Source of the DNA: an uncultured Chloroflexia bacterium
GTDB taxonomy: Bacteria; Chloroflexota; Anaerolineae; JAAYZQ01
DNA: 64,000 bases
Reading direction: 5' to 3'
Assembly: GCA_963700285.1 (NCBI GenBank)
Contig: CAVOXA010000015.1
Location: forward strand, 105,342 to 169,341
The notes under the pieces were generated by a model. That model was not told the origin of the DNA. It saw only the letters and a list, made by a program, of their open reading frames with translations, and made no database searches. Both the position numbers and the translations under genes were made by a program. Shown one piece after another: positions 51,344-60,713 of this stretch. Positions within the stretch are counted from its first letter, which is position 1, and every line of letters starts with the position of its first letter.

Positions 51344-52150
51344 ATGACAGATTCTTTCCTAGTTCCGCCCGGTACCCAAGTCAAGCTTGCCGATTACGAT
51401 CCAGGCTTTGCCGGTACAATCGAGAAGAAGAGCCAGGCCAAAAACGAGCTTAGGGACAACCTGGCGCAGCTCCAGGCCCTCCAACAGATGTTGTGGGCTG
51501 AAGACAAACATGCCTTGCTCCTGGTCTTCCAGGCGATGGATGCTGGCGGCAAGGATGGCACCATCAGGCAAGTGATGCGTGGTGTGAACCCCCAGGGCTG
51601 CCAGGTGACCAGTTTCAAAGTGCCAAGCAAGGAGGAGCTAGCCCACGATTATCTATGGCGGATCCACAAGGCAGCACCACGGCGAGGCTACATCGGTATC
51701 TTTAACCGCTCCCACTACGAGGACGTGTTGGTGGTACGTGTTCACAACCTGGTTCCTGAAGATGTATGGCGGCAGCGTTACGAGCAGATCAATCACTTTG
51801 AGAAACTGCTGGCTGATTCTGGGACGACGATCCTGAAATTCTTCCTGCACATCTCAAGAGAGGAGCAGAAGAAACGATTTGAGGAGAGGCTGGCCGACCC
51901 CAGCAAGAACTGGAAGTTCTCCCTGGGTGACGTGGAGGAGCGAGGGTATTGGGACGACTATATGCGGGCCTTTGAAGAAGTGCTGAGCCGGTGCAGCATG
52001 CCATGGGCGCCCTGGTACGTCATTCCTGCCAATCGCAACTGGTACCGCAACCTGGCCATTTCCCAAATCATTGTCGAAACACTAAAAAAACTGGATATGC
52101 GCTACCCTCCGCCTCTGTCCAATGCCGGCGAGATCGTCATTCCTGACTAG
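51344..52150 (+). CDS. ppk2: polyphosphate kinase 2 family protein
   Basis: Walker A-like FQAMDAGGKDGTIR, then YLWRIHKAAPRRGYIGIFNRSHYEDVL and PWYVIPANRNWYRNL. ATG follows GGAGG. Confidence 0.9.
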   Translation: MTDSFLVPPGTQVKLADYDPGFAGTIEKKSQAKNELRDNLAQLQALQQMLWAEDKHALLLVFQAMDAGGKDGTIRQVMRGVNPQGCQVTSFKVPSKEELAHDYLWRIHKAAPRRGYIGIFNRSHYEDVLVVRVHNLVPEDVWRQRYEQINHFEKLLADSGTTILKFFLHISREEQKKRFEERLADPSKNWKFSLGDVEERGYWDDYMRAFEEVLSRCSMPWAPWYVIPANRNWYRNLAISQIIVETLKKLDMRYPPPLSNAGEIVIPD

Positions 52151-52217
52151 GTGATCAACCGATCCCTTGTGCCAGTATCCGTGTAAACTGGCATGAATTC
52201 GTGTCAGGACGACAAGA

Positions 52218-52246
52218 TTGCTTCTGGGCCTGTTGCGTGTTATAAT
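52218..52246 (+). promoter_or_regulatory. sigma70 promoter-like element (TTGCTT-17-TATAAT) upstream of the kinase cassette
   Basis: TTGCTT at 52218..52223 and TATAAT at 52241..52246. It would give a ~250-nt leader before ATG 52504. Confidence 0.45.
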
Positions 52247-52503
52247 AGGGCCGTACCGAGTTCTGACGCCCACTGTCATGACGGTGGTGTGTTGTCGTCA
52301 GGCAAGGGGTGCGATAGCGGTGTACAATGGCCGTGCAGATTAGGGGTGTGCGACAACAGGGAGAGTTGTCTTGGGAACCAATGCGTTGCCCTGATCCATG
52401 GAGCGATTCACGAAGGCAAGCGCACGAACCTTGGGCCGAAACTTTGTGGGGCCTCCCTGCGTAGTAGAAGTGGAACTCACATACCCAATTGAAAGATGCA
52501 TAA

Positions 52504-53937
52504 ATGACACAACCATTGGCCATTGGAACAGTACTGAAAAACCATTACCGCATTGTCCGCCTGGTTGGAGGAGGCGGAATGGCCTGGGTCTACCAGGTGG
52601 AGGAGCTGCCGCCCGCCAGTGGCAATCTCTGGGCCCTCAAAGAACTGCGCCCCCAGACCCAGGATAGGGAGGAGCGGGCCACTGCCCGCAAGCTCTTTGA
52701 ACAGGAATCTTTGTTGCTCCGCGATCTGGACCACGTGAACATCCCCCAGATCGCCGGCTTTTTCGAGGAGAACGGCCGGGCATGCCTGGTGATGGAGTTC
52801 ATATGGGGCGAATCGCTGGAGAAACGGTTGGAAGCTGCCAACGCGCCCTTGTTGGAGACCGACGTGCTCAAGTGGGCTGTCCAGCTCTGCGAAGCATTGG
52901 ACTATCTTCATGCCCGCCAACCGCCTGTCATCTTCCGTGACATGAAGCCCAGCAATGTAATGGTGACCAATACCGGACTGGTCAAACTGATTGACTTTGG
53001 TATCGCGCGTACCTACAAGGTGGGGAAAAAGCGGGATACGGTAGCTATGGGCTCTGAGAACTATGCAGCGCCAGAGCAATGGGGCAAAGGCCAGACCGAC
53101 GCCCGGTCCGATATCTATGCTCTGGGTGCTACGATGTATCACCTGCTGGCCAATATGGCCCCAACGCCGGCCTTTCTGCCATCTGAACCGCTGCCCCTGC
53201 GCAACTATAACGGTGCGCTCTCGGCAAAGACTGTGACACTCGTTGAGAAGGCCATGGACCGCGAGCGGAGCAAACGTTTTCAGTCGGCTGTAGAAATGCG
53301 CAAGGCGCTCATCGACGCCCTTCCGGGACCGTATGTTGCACCAGTGGTCCCCGCCGTCCACCATCCTGTGTCCAAGGCGGCAACAGGTACCGGTCAGGGC
53401 CCGGCCAGGGCCACTGGCGCTTCCACTACCTCGGGTTCTACAGGGGCCGGGGCATCCGTTCAGCCCCCGGTGCAACGCGAGCCCCAACCGGCGCTCAGGC
53501 CAGCGCACCGGCCAGCGCCTCCGCCAGCCAAGGCTTGTCCAGCCTGCGCGCGGGCCAACAGGCAGAACGCTCGGTTTTGCGTTGGCTGCGGTCATTCCTT
53601 TGTGCCCCTTGGGCCAGCCGTGTTGCGCGTCGTCGAGCCAGTGCGGGCTGCCTGGGAGATGCCTGTGGCTCACAGCCCGACGCTGCTGGGCCGTGCCAGT
53701 GAGGCCGAGGGCTACCGGCCAGACTTTGACATGACGTTCTATGATGAAGGCGACTATGTCTCTCGCCGCCACGCGCGGATCACCAAAGGCCGTGTGGGCT
53801 ATTTTGTCACCGATCTCGGCAGCAGCAACGGTACTATGGTCAATGGGCAGCCATTGGCGCCCAACCGCGCCCGCTTGTTGCGCAATGGTGACCGGCTCAA
53901 AGTCGGTTTGGTCGTTATCCAGTTTCGGTTGGGATAG
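52504..53937 (+). CDS. Ser/Thr protein kinase with a C-terminal zinc ribbon and FHA domain
   Basis: Hanks motifs GGGGMAWVY, ALKEL, FRDMKPSNV, DFGIA and APEQ. Pro/Ala linker, CPACARANRQNARFCVGCG, then FHA (GRASE...VSRRHARI...DLGSSNGTMVNGQ). Confidence 0.85.
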   Translation: MTQPLAIGTVLKNHYRIVRLVGGGGMAWVYQVEELPPASGNLWALKELRPQTQDREERATARKLFEQESLLLRDLDHVNIPQIAGFFEENGRACLVMEFIWGESLEKRLEAANAPLLETDVLKWAVQLCEALDYLHARQPPVIFRDMKPSNVMVTNTGLVKLIDFGIARTYKVGKKRDTVAMGSENYAAPEQWGKGQTDARSDIYALGATMYHLLANMAPTPAFLPSEPLPLRNYNGALSAKTVTLVEKAMDRERSKRFQSAVEMRKALIDALPGPYVAPVVPAVHHPVSKAATGTGQGPARATGASTTSGSTGAGASVQPPVQREPQPALRPAHRPAPPPAKACPACARANRQNARFCVGCGHSFVPLGPAVLRVVEPVRAAWEMPVAHSPTLLGRASEAEGYRPDFDMTFYDEGDYVSRRHARITKGRVGYFVTDLGSSNGTMVNGQPLAPNRARLLRNGDRLKVGLVVIQFRLG

Positions 53938-54011
53938 AGTTCCCAGCCAGGTCTGCGGAAGCTTCATGATCTGTCCAAAAGACCCCGACGAGAGTCGATA
54001 GGAGGTAGGTA

Positions 54012-55814
54012 ATGAACTGTTCCGCATGTGGAACGGACAATCGAGATGGGGCCAATTTCTGCCGGATGTGCGGTAAGCAGATTTCCGAACATCTCCAGGA
54101 TCAGGTCACAATTACAGGCGGAGACGAGGCTGGGGCCAAGGACGGTCCTGCCCCCGGCCAAGATCTGAAACTTGAGGCAGATCTAGCAACGTCAGTATCC
54201 GTAGATGAACTGCCTGTAATCGAATTGCCAGAAATGCTTCCAAAGGACTTGTACGCGGAACTGCAGGAAGGAGTGGATGGAGAACCAGAAATACCGTCCG
54301 GGGTGCAGGCGGAGGATGTGTCCCTGGGTGGAGAACCCGTGCTCGAGGCGGAGGCTGCGAAGGAACCATCTGAGGGATCGGGAGTGGAAACCGAGATAGT
54401 AGAGGGCGAGTTCGATCAAACTGTGCCTGAAACCCACCTGGCAGTAGAACCACCTGAGGCTGGAGGGTTTGGGTCTGCCATACCGGCCGACTCTTCTGGT
54501 CCTGCAGTCCCTACTGAAGTCGGGGGAAGCGACGTTGAGGCGAGTATGGCGCAAGAAACAGAGGCCCCGCCTGGAGAACCAGTAGCTCAGACAACTAGAC
54601 CAGAAGCTCAGCCGGTAGAGGGCGCTGGTGAGGCCGAAGACGGGACAGTCATCCCTGAGCTTGTCACGTCTGACAGCATGATGCCACTGGTGCCGGGAAC
54701 CGTGATTGGCGAGCGCTTACGGATAGTGGGAGTGCTGGATGACGAGGAAGACGAGATCCTTTATCTAGCTCACGATCTGCTTCGATGCTGGCAGTGTGGT
54801 TTCCAGGACAATGAGCCTGACGATACCTTCTGCGCCCAATGCGGCGCGTCTCTGGATCGCGAGGCGCGGGTGCGCCTGCTGGAGGTCCAGAGCAAGGAGG
54901 CCGAGCCATCCGGCGGCGAGGCTGTGGCTGCCCGGCTCAGCTACGAAGGACGCCATTTTCTTCTTCTGGCAGAGCCAGATGCGGCGATTGAGGTGGAATC
55001 GGGATCCAGTGCTCCAGGTGTGCCCCAGAGTGTTCGGCTCGTGGTGGGGCAGTACTCTGATGCTGGCCGGGTTCGCGAGCTGGATGAGGATAGCCTGCTG
55101 GCCCTGACCCTGGCTCCCACCTACGAATCGCGGACCGGCCCGGTGTTGGGCCTCTTTGCTGTGGCTGACGGAATGGGGGGCCACGAGGGCGGCGAAGTCG
55201 CTAGCAAAGTGGCATTGCAGGTACTGGCCGATGTGGTGTTGCGCAGTATTGTGCTGCCGGCACTGGCGGATGAAGATCTTCTGGAGGAGGAGATCATTGC
55301 CCGCCTGAGTCAGGCGACTGTGAGTGCCAATGACGCTGTGTACCTGGCCCGCCAGAAGCGGGGAAACGACATGGGGACGACCTTGACCACAGCTCTGGTC
55401 AGGGATGACCGGCTCTTCTTGGCCCATGTGGGCGATTGCCGTGCTTATCGATGGGGAGCTGACGGCCTCCAGCAGCTAACCACCGACCATTCGCTGGTGG
55501 CCAGCATGATTGCCAGCGGCCAGGCTGCGCCTGAAGAGATCTATACCCATCCCCACCGCAGCGTCATCTATCGCTGCGTCGGCGACCAGCCAGTGGTGGA
55601 GGTTGATACGGACGTCGTGTCCCTTGTCCCAGGTGACCGGATCCTTGTCTGCTGTGATGGCCTGTGGGAGATGGTGCGCGACGAAGGCATCAGAGATGTC
55701 ATGATGCAGGAAGCTGATCCCCAGGCTGCCTGCGAGATGCTGGTGAATCATGCCAATGTAGCAGGCGGTGATGACAACATCAGCGTCATCATCGTACAGA
55801 TCAAGGGTGCATAA
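54012..55814 (+). CDS. PP2C-family Ser/Thr phosphatase with two zinc ribbons and a ~190-aa acidic linker
   Basis: N-terminal CSACGTDNRDGANFCRMCG. An E/P/V-rich acidic region. An internal CWQCGFQDNEPDDTFCAQCG. C-terminal PP2C motifs (FAVADGMGGHEGGEVAS, GTTLTTAL, VCCDGLWE, GGDDNISVIIV). Confidence 0.85.
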   Translation: MNCSACGTDNRDGANFCRMCGKQISEHLQDQVTITGGDEAGAKDGPAPGQDLKLEADLATSVSVDELPVIELPEMLPKDLYAELQEGVDGEPEIPSGVQAEDVSLGGEPVLEAEAAKEPSEGSGVETEIVEGEFDQTVPETHLAVEPPEAGGFGSAIPADSSGPAVPTEVGGSDVEASMAQETEAPPGEPVAQTTRPEAQPVEGAGEAEDGTVIPELVTSDSMMPLVPGTVIGERLRIVGVLDDEEDEILYLAHDLLRCWQCGFQDNEPDDTFCAQCGASLDREARVRLLEVQSKEAEPSGGEAVAARLSYEGRHFLLLAEPDAAIEVESGSSAPGVPQSVRLVVGQYSDAGRVRELDEDSLLALTLAPTYESRTGPVLGLFAVADGMGGHEGGEVASKVALQVLADVVLRSIVLPALADEDLLEEEIIARLSQATVSANDAVYLARQKRGNDMGTTLTTALVRDDRLFLAHVGDCRAYRWGADGLQQLTTDHSLVASMIASGQAAPEEIYTHPHRSVIYRCVGDQPVVEVDTDVVSLVPGDRILVCCDGLWEMVRDEGIRDVMMQEADPQAACEMLVNHANVAGGDDNISVIIVQIKGA

Positions 55815-55961
55815 GATGGATGCCTGGGCGACCTTGAGTGGGGGGACAATGCTCGCCGGCCCTTCAGATCCAGCAATCGCCCCGGTATTGTGAATAGAAC
55901 GACCGTGCGGTTCGCACGTATAGGATAAGCCATGATAATGGCCAATGTAAGGAGGGATGAT

Positions 55962-57215
55962 ATGGCCAACGATTTGACTCTGACCTGCCGGCTCAACAAG
56001 GCCTATCTGCCGGTTATGAACACCCAGCAGCTAGTGTACGTGCTCATCGATGCGGTACCGGGCGCGAGCATGGCGCAGGTCCAGATGCCACTTAACCTCA
56101 GCTTGGTGCTGGACAAGAGTGGCTCGATGCAAGGAAAAAAGATCCAGAACTTGCGAGAGGCGGCCAAGCTGGTGGTGGATCGCCTGGGACCGCAAGATAC
56201 CATCTCCATCGTCGCCTTTAGCGACCGAAAGTATCTGATCGCCACCAGCCAGCCGATCACAGACAAGGGAGCACTCAAAACAAAGATTGACCGGATCCGC
56301 GATGGTGGCGGAACTGCTATCTCTGGCGGCATGAATCAGGGACTGACCGAGTTGGGCAAGGCCGCATCCCCTGATCGAATCAGCCGGATGCTGCTCTTGA
56401 CAGACGGTCAGACCTTTGGCGACGAGAAAACGTGCAAACAGCTGGCCCAAAAAGCTGGCGACCAGGGCATCCTGGTCAATGCACTGGGCCTGGGTGACGA
56501 TTGGAACGAGGATCTATTGGATGACATCGCCGCAGCCAGCGGTGGCGTGGCCGACTTTATTGATTCGCCCAACAAGATTGTCACCTTTTTTGAGCAGGCT
56601 GTCCAGTCCATGCAGGACAGCGTGGTGCAGAACGCGCAGATGGTTCTGCGTCTGGCCAGCGGCGTCACACCCCGCCAGGTTTGGCAGGTCCTGCCCCTGA
56701 TCTCGAACTTGGGCTACCGCCCTCTGTCGGATCGCGATGTGCAGGTCGCCCTCGGCGAGATGGAGAAAGGCCAGCCACGTAGCTTGCTGGTAGAGCTGCT
56801 GGTTGGCCCCCGGCCTGCTGGCACCTATCGTGTTGCCCAGACGGAGGTCAGCTATGACGTACCCGGCTTGAAGCTTTCCGGCGAAAGGGTCAAGTCCGAC
56901 ATCCTGCTCAGCTTCACAGCCAATGCTGCTGAAGCCAAGGACTATGAGCCTGAAGTAATGAACATCGTCGAGAAGGTGACGGCCTTCAAGCTCCAAACCC
57001 GGGCGCTGGAAGAGGCCAAGATGGGCAACATAGCCGGCGCCAGCCAGAAGCTCCGTGCTGCTGCCACCCGCCTATTGGAGATAGGCGAAGACGATCTGGC
57101 ACAGTCGGCGCTAGAAGAGGCCGAGAACCTGGAGACGAGCGGCCAGATGTCTTCTCATGGTACCAAAAAACTGCGCTACGAGACGCGCAAGCTGACGCAG
57201 CGCCTGAGTCCCTGA
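55962..57215 (+). CDS. von Willebrand factor type A (vWA) domain protein with an intact MIDAS motif
   Basis: ATG 55962 follows AGGAGGG. LVLDKSGSM (DxSxS), GGTAI and LLTDGQ. A beta-rich middle part and a helical Thr/Ser-containing tail. Confidence 0.85.
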   Translation: MANDLTLTCRLNKAYLPVMNTQQLVYVLIDAVPGASMAQVQMPLNLSLVLDKSGSMQGKKIQNLREAAKLVVDRLGPQDTISIVAFSDRKYLIATSQPITDKGALKTKIDRIRDGGGTAISGGMNQGLTELGKAASPDRISRMLLLTDGQTFGDEKTCKQLAQKAGDQGILVNALGLGDDWNEDLLDDIAAASGGVADFIDSPNKIVTFFEQAVQSMQDSVVQNAQMVLRLASGVTPRQVWQVLPLISNLGYRPLSDRDVQVALGEMEKGQPRSLLVELLVGPRPAGTYRVAQTEVSYDVPGLKLSGERVKSDILLSFTANAAEAKDYEPEVMNIVEKVTAFKLQTRALEEAKMGNIAGASQKLRAAATRLLEIGEDDLAQSALEEAENLETSGQMSSHGTKKLRYETRKLTQRLSP

Positions 57216-57328
57216 ATGCCAGGGATTGTGGCATCCTCTGCTGCATGAATGTCAGATCAGAGGGGTAGGAAGTACCAACAAGCGTCTTTTTGTTTAGCAT
57301 GTACGACCGAAGAAGGAGGAACCGAATC

Positions 57329-58333
57329 ATGCCAACATGCCCAAACTGTGGAAATGAAACTGCAGCAGGTGCTATTTTCTGCGACCAGTGCGGAACGCAG
57401 ATCCCGGCGTCCGGGTCTGCTGTTCCAGAGGCGCCACCCGCCCCGGCCGGTGGCAGCATAATCTGTCCCGCCTGCGGCGCGGGCAACGTGCCGGGCGAGG
57501 CCTTTTGCGACTTTTGCGGCTCTCCCCTGGATGCGCCAGTACCGGCAGTCGTAGAGGCACCCATGCCGGCGCCCGCCGAGGTTGAGGTAGCAGCCGATGC
57601 TGTACCTGACGAAGATCAATCCATATGTCCAGCCTGTGGGGCTGAGGTCCAGCCTGGAGAGGCCTTTTGCGCCAATTGCGGGGCATCGCTTGTCGAGCCC
57701 ATACAGGCGCCAGAGGCAGGAGATGTGGTAGAACCGCCAGCCGAGGGAGTGCCCCTCGCCGCCGATGGGCAGGTTCCTGAGGCACGAGAAGCGATAGAGC
57801 CTGTCGCTGAGGAAGTACCTGAGGTGCGAGAGGTCGTGGTTGAGGAATCAGCTCCGCCACCGCCTGCCCCAGAGCTGGTTGCCGCGCCCACCTGTCCGGC
57901 CTGTGGCGTGGAAATCGTCGCTGGTGACAAGTTCTGCAGTAACTGTGGGGCAGTGTTGCAGGCTGTGGCTGAGCCAGCAGTGGCTGAGGTAGCACCGCTG
58001 CCTTCACCTTCCGCCGGCCCGCGTTTGGTGGTCGTTGCGTCCGGGGCTGAGATCCCACTTCCGACTGCTGATGAGATACTGATTGGCCGTGAGGACCCGG
58101 TGAGCGGCGTCTTCCCCCAGGTGGATCTGACACCCCATGGTGGTGAGGAGGGAGGGGTTTCTCGCAGGCACGCGCGGCTGATTGTCAAAGGTCTCAACTA
58201 CTCTGTCGAGGATTTGGACAGTACCAACTATACCTTCGTCAACAAGCAAAAGCTGGCGCCCGGAATCAGCCATCCGGTTCGTGATGGTGATGAGATCCGC
58301 TGCGGTCGCGTGACGCTGGTCCTGAGAACCTGA
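57329..58333 (+). CDS. FHA-domain protein with four tandem zinc-ribbon modules
   Basis: ATG 57329 follows GAAGGAGG. The ribbons are CPNCGNETAAGAIFCDQCG, CPACGAGNVPGEAFCDFCG, CPACGAEVQPGEAFCANCG and CPACGVEIVAGDKFCSNCG, separated by P/A/E linkers. C-terminal FHA (GRED...VSRRHARL...DLDSTNYTFVN). Confidence 0.85.
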   Translation: MPTCPNCGNETAAGAIFCDQCGTQIPASGSAVPEAPPAPAGGSIICPACGAGNVPGEAFCDFCGSPLDAPVPAVVEAPMPAPAEVEVAADAVPDEDQSICPACGAEVQPGEAFCANCGASLVEPIQAPEAGDVVEPPAEGVPLAADGQVPEAREAIEPVAEEVPEVREVVVEESAPPPPAPELVAAPTCPACGVEIVAGDKFCSNCGAVLQAVAEPAVAEVAPLPSPSAGPRLVVVASGAEIPLPTADEILIGREDPVSGVFPQVDLTPHGGEEGGVSRRHARLIVKGLNYSVEDLDSTNYTFVNKQKLAPGISHPVRDGDEIRCGRVTLVLRT

Positions 58334-58416
58334 TACCAGGTACGGGGGATTGGAGATTGCAGAGATGATGTGCATCGCAATGCCTAGTTTCTGTTCTCCA
58401 GTCTCCCAGTTGCCTT

Positions 58417-60294
58417 ATGCAACATTGTCGTGAACTGGTGTGCGGCCATCTCAACAGGCCGAGTGCTCGCTTCTGTGAAAAGTGTGGGCAGCCGCTGCGC
58501 GGTCAAAGTGATCGCCCGGCGGATGCCTGGTCCGCCTTGCCTTCAGGACACCTGATGCGGGGTGGCACCTATCGTATCCTTGAGCCGCTGGGCAAAGGAG
58601 GGATGGGCGCGCTCTATCTGGCGGCCGATACAGGTGCCTTTGACCGGAAGTGTGTGGTCAAGGAACTCCTAGACTACTACGATCCCACAAACCCCGACGA
58701 AGCCCAACTGGCCCAGGATCGCTTTGAAACTGAGGCTCGCCTGCTGGCTGAACTGAGCCATCCTGGAATTCCACGTATCTATAGCTTTTTCTCCGAGGCT
58801 GGGCGTCACTATATCGTAATGGAATATATCCAAGGGGAGACACTGGAGCGCGCGGTGACTCACGTCGATCCTCTTGGGTTCACCATCGCGGCACACCAAC
58901 TTTCCGCTGAGACGGCTGTGCGCCACGCTATCCGAATCTGCCGGGTTCTGGAGTATCTGGCCAACCAGCCAATACCCGTAGTGCACCACGACATCAAGCC
59001 TGCAAATCTCATCGTGGACCGAACCAGTGGAGAGGTGAGGCTGGTGGACTTTGGTACCGCCCAAACCCGCACCCGCTGGGCCACCCAGGCCCGACTGGAC
59101 CAACAACCCTCGATGCTTTTTGGCACCCCCGGATATGCGGCGCCGGAGCAATACCGGGGCAGCTCAGAGCCACGATCGGATGTCTATGCTCTGGCTGCCA
59201 CCCTGTATCACATTCTGACCGACGACGATCCTGGCGAGCATCCTTTTCAGTTCACCAACATGGGAGGCCTGCCCGCTTCGCTGGCTGACGCCCTGGGCCG
59301 AGCCCTGCGTCCAGAGGTGCAGCGGCGCAGTACTGCATTGGAGTTTCGGCATGCGTTGGCAGGTTGGTTCATTCCCGATGAAGCTGCCCAACCCTTCGTT
59401 TTTCGCTCAGGAGCCGTAGCCCATACCACAGAGGAACTGGTTCTTCTCTGCGATCGGTATTGGCCCGAAGCCCGACTGCACCTGAGCGACGGAGATTTTG
59501 ACCAGTGGTTCCGTACTCGCAATCGACACGACCTCGTGGCGAAAGCCAGGTCGGCAAAGCTCGAGAGGAACGCCGACGCTGCGCTGGAGGTGTTTCTGAG
59601 GCGCCTGAATCCACGCTTGGCGGCGCCAAGCCTCGTCATCGAGCCACTGAACCTGGATTTTGGACGGATAACCCGCAGTGGAGCCGTTCCGCGCCATCTA
59701 CGGGTGTGCAATGAGGGCAGGGGCTATGCTCAGGCGAGCCTGAGTACCCCGGTGCCCTGGATACTCATCGAGCGATCTCGGGTAGGATGTCTGTCGGGCA
59801 CAGAAATCTCCGTAGAGGTTCAACTTGACGCCACAGCGTTGTCTTTGCAGAGAGATCACCAGACTGTCATCGCCTGTACGCCAGATCGTGGCGCAAGAAT
59901 CTCCATTTCGGTTGTGGCCGAGTTGAATTTGGTCCGGGAGGCGCTGCGGCGGATCGCTGCGGCTTTCACGGCGGTAGCTCACCTGGCCGTTAGAGGAGCC
60001 CGGCGCGGGTGGGGGTTTTGGATGCGAACCTTTCGCAGCCTGCTCCGGTCCCGCTATGGGCTGTGGATCCTGGGGGCCGAGGCTGTGATACTGGCTGCGG
60101 CGATGGTGGCTCTGTGGTGGATCTGGCCTGACTCTTCGCCTGCCTTGGACGACTTGGCTCGGGCTCTGATCCTGATCGTACCGCTATCGCTGCTGGTCGT
60201 CTATCTGCTGCCAGCGATCGCCTTCGTCGCCGGATTTGTCGTCTGGGAGGTCGTCCGGGGCATGGCGGGCTGGGCGAGGGCCGCCACGCGCTGA
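58417..60294 (+). CDS. membrane-anchored Ser/Thr protein kinase with an N-terminal zinc ribbon
   Basis: CRELVCGHLNRPSARFCEKCG, then kinase motifs (GKGGMGALY, VVKEL, HHDIKPANL, DFGTA, APEQ). A ~200-aa middle region of unknown fold, and two C-terminal TM helices. Confidence 0.85.
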   Translation: MQHCRELVCGHLNRPSARFCEKCGQPLRGQSDRPADAWSALPSGHLMRGGTYRILEPLGKGGMGALYLAADTGAFDRKCVVKELLDYYDPTNPDEAQLAQDRFETEARLLAELSHPGIPRIYSFFSEAGRHYIVMEYIQGETLERAVTHVDPLGFTIAAHQLSAETAVRHAIRICRVLEYLANQPIPVVHHDIKPANLIVDRTSGEVRLVDFGTAQTRTRWATQARLDQQPSMLFGTPGYAAPEQYRGSSEPRSDVYALAATLYHILTDDDPGEHPFQFTNMGGLPASLADALGRALRPEVQRRSTALEFRHALAGWFIPDEAAQPFVFRSGAVAHTTEELVLLCDRYWPEARLHLSDGDFDQWFRTRNRHDLVAKARSAKLERNADAALEVFLRRLNPRLAAPSLVIEPLNLDFGRITRSGAVPRHLRVCNEGRGYAQASLSTPVPWILIERSRVGCLSGTEISVEVQLDATALSLQRDHQTVIACTPDRGARISISVVAELNLVREALRRIAAAFTAVAHLAVRGARRGWGFWMRTFRSLLRSRYGLWILGAEAVILAAAMVALWWIWPDSSPALDDLARALILIVPLSLLVVYLLPAIAFVAGFVVWEVVRGMAGWARAATR

Positions 60295-60413
60295 ACATCT
60301 AGCCATGAGGGCATTTACCTGGCAGCCATGATACAAGACTAGTAGGCCTTCCGGAGCCTGCCAGTCTTTCGTTTGTCAATCCTTGTGAATGCAACGAGAA
60401 AATCCAGATCTAG

Positions 60414-60442
60414 TTGACATCACCCCGAGCCTGTGGTATACT
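60414..60442 (+). promoter_or_regulatory. consensus sigma70 promoter (TTGACA-17-TATACT, TG-extended) upstream of fdrA
   Basis: TTGACA at 60414..60419 and TATACT at 60437..60442 preceded by TGG. This leaves a ~265-nt leader before ATG 60714. Confidence 0.5.
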
Positions 60443-60713
60443 TGGCTTCGTTCGTAACCTGGTGAGCATGTTGATTCAGCTTCCTCGCGGTTCGTGTGTT
60501 GACGACCCAGCGATATGGTGCTGAGCCTGTTGTCGTTTGATTGTCCTCTGCCCATTTTGCTGTCGGATCCAATGCCTCTGTGGCTCGAATGCGGGCCCCT
60601 TTGCGGTAGGTGATTAGACTAACCCTCGAGCTTCGGGGTACCTGGTACTGGTTTCCGGGTCGACATACAACTGATGGAACACTGCGCCCCCTGAGACACG
60701 GAAGAATCAACCA

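Noticed and set aside
60600-60705. TPP riboswitch in the fdrA leader (ACCTGGTACTGG and CTGAGA strings)
   Set aside because: The two motifs occur in the wrong order relative to the THI-box consensus, and the pyrimidine-sensor helix context is absent.
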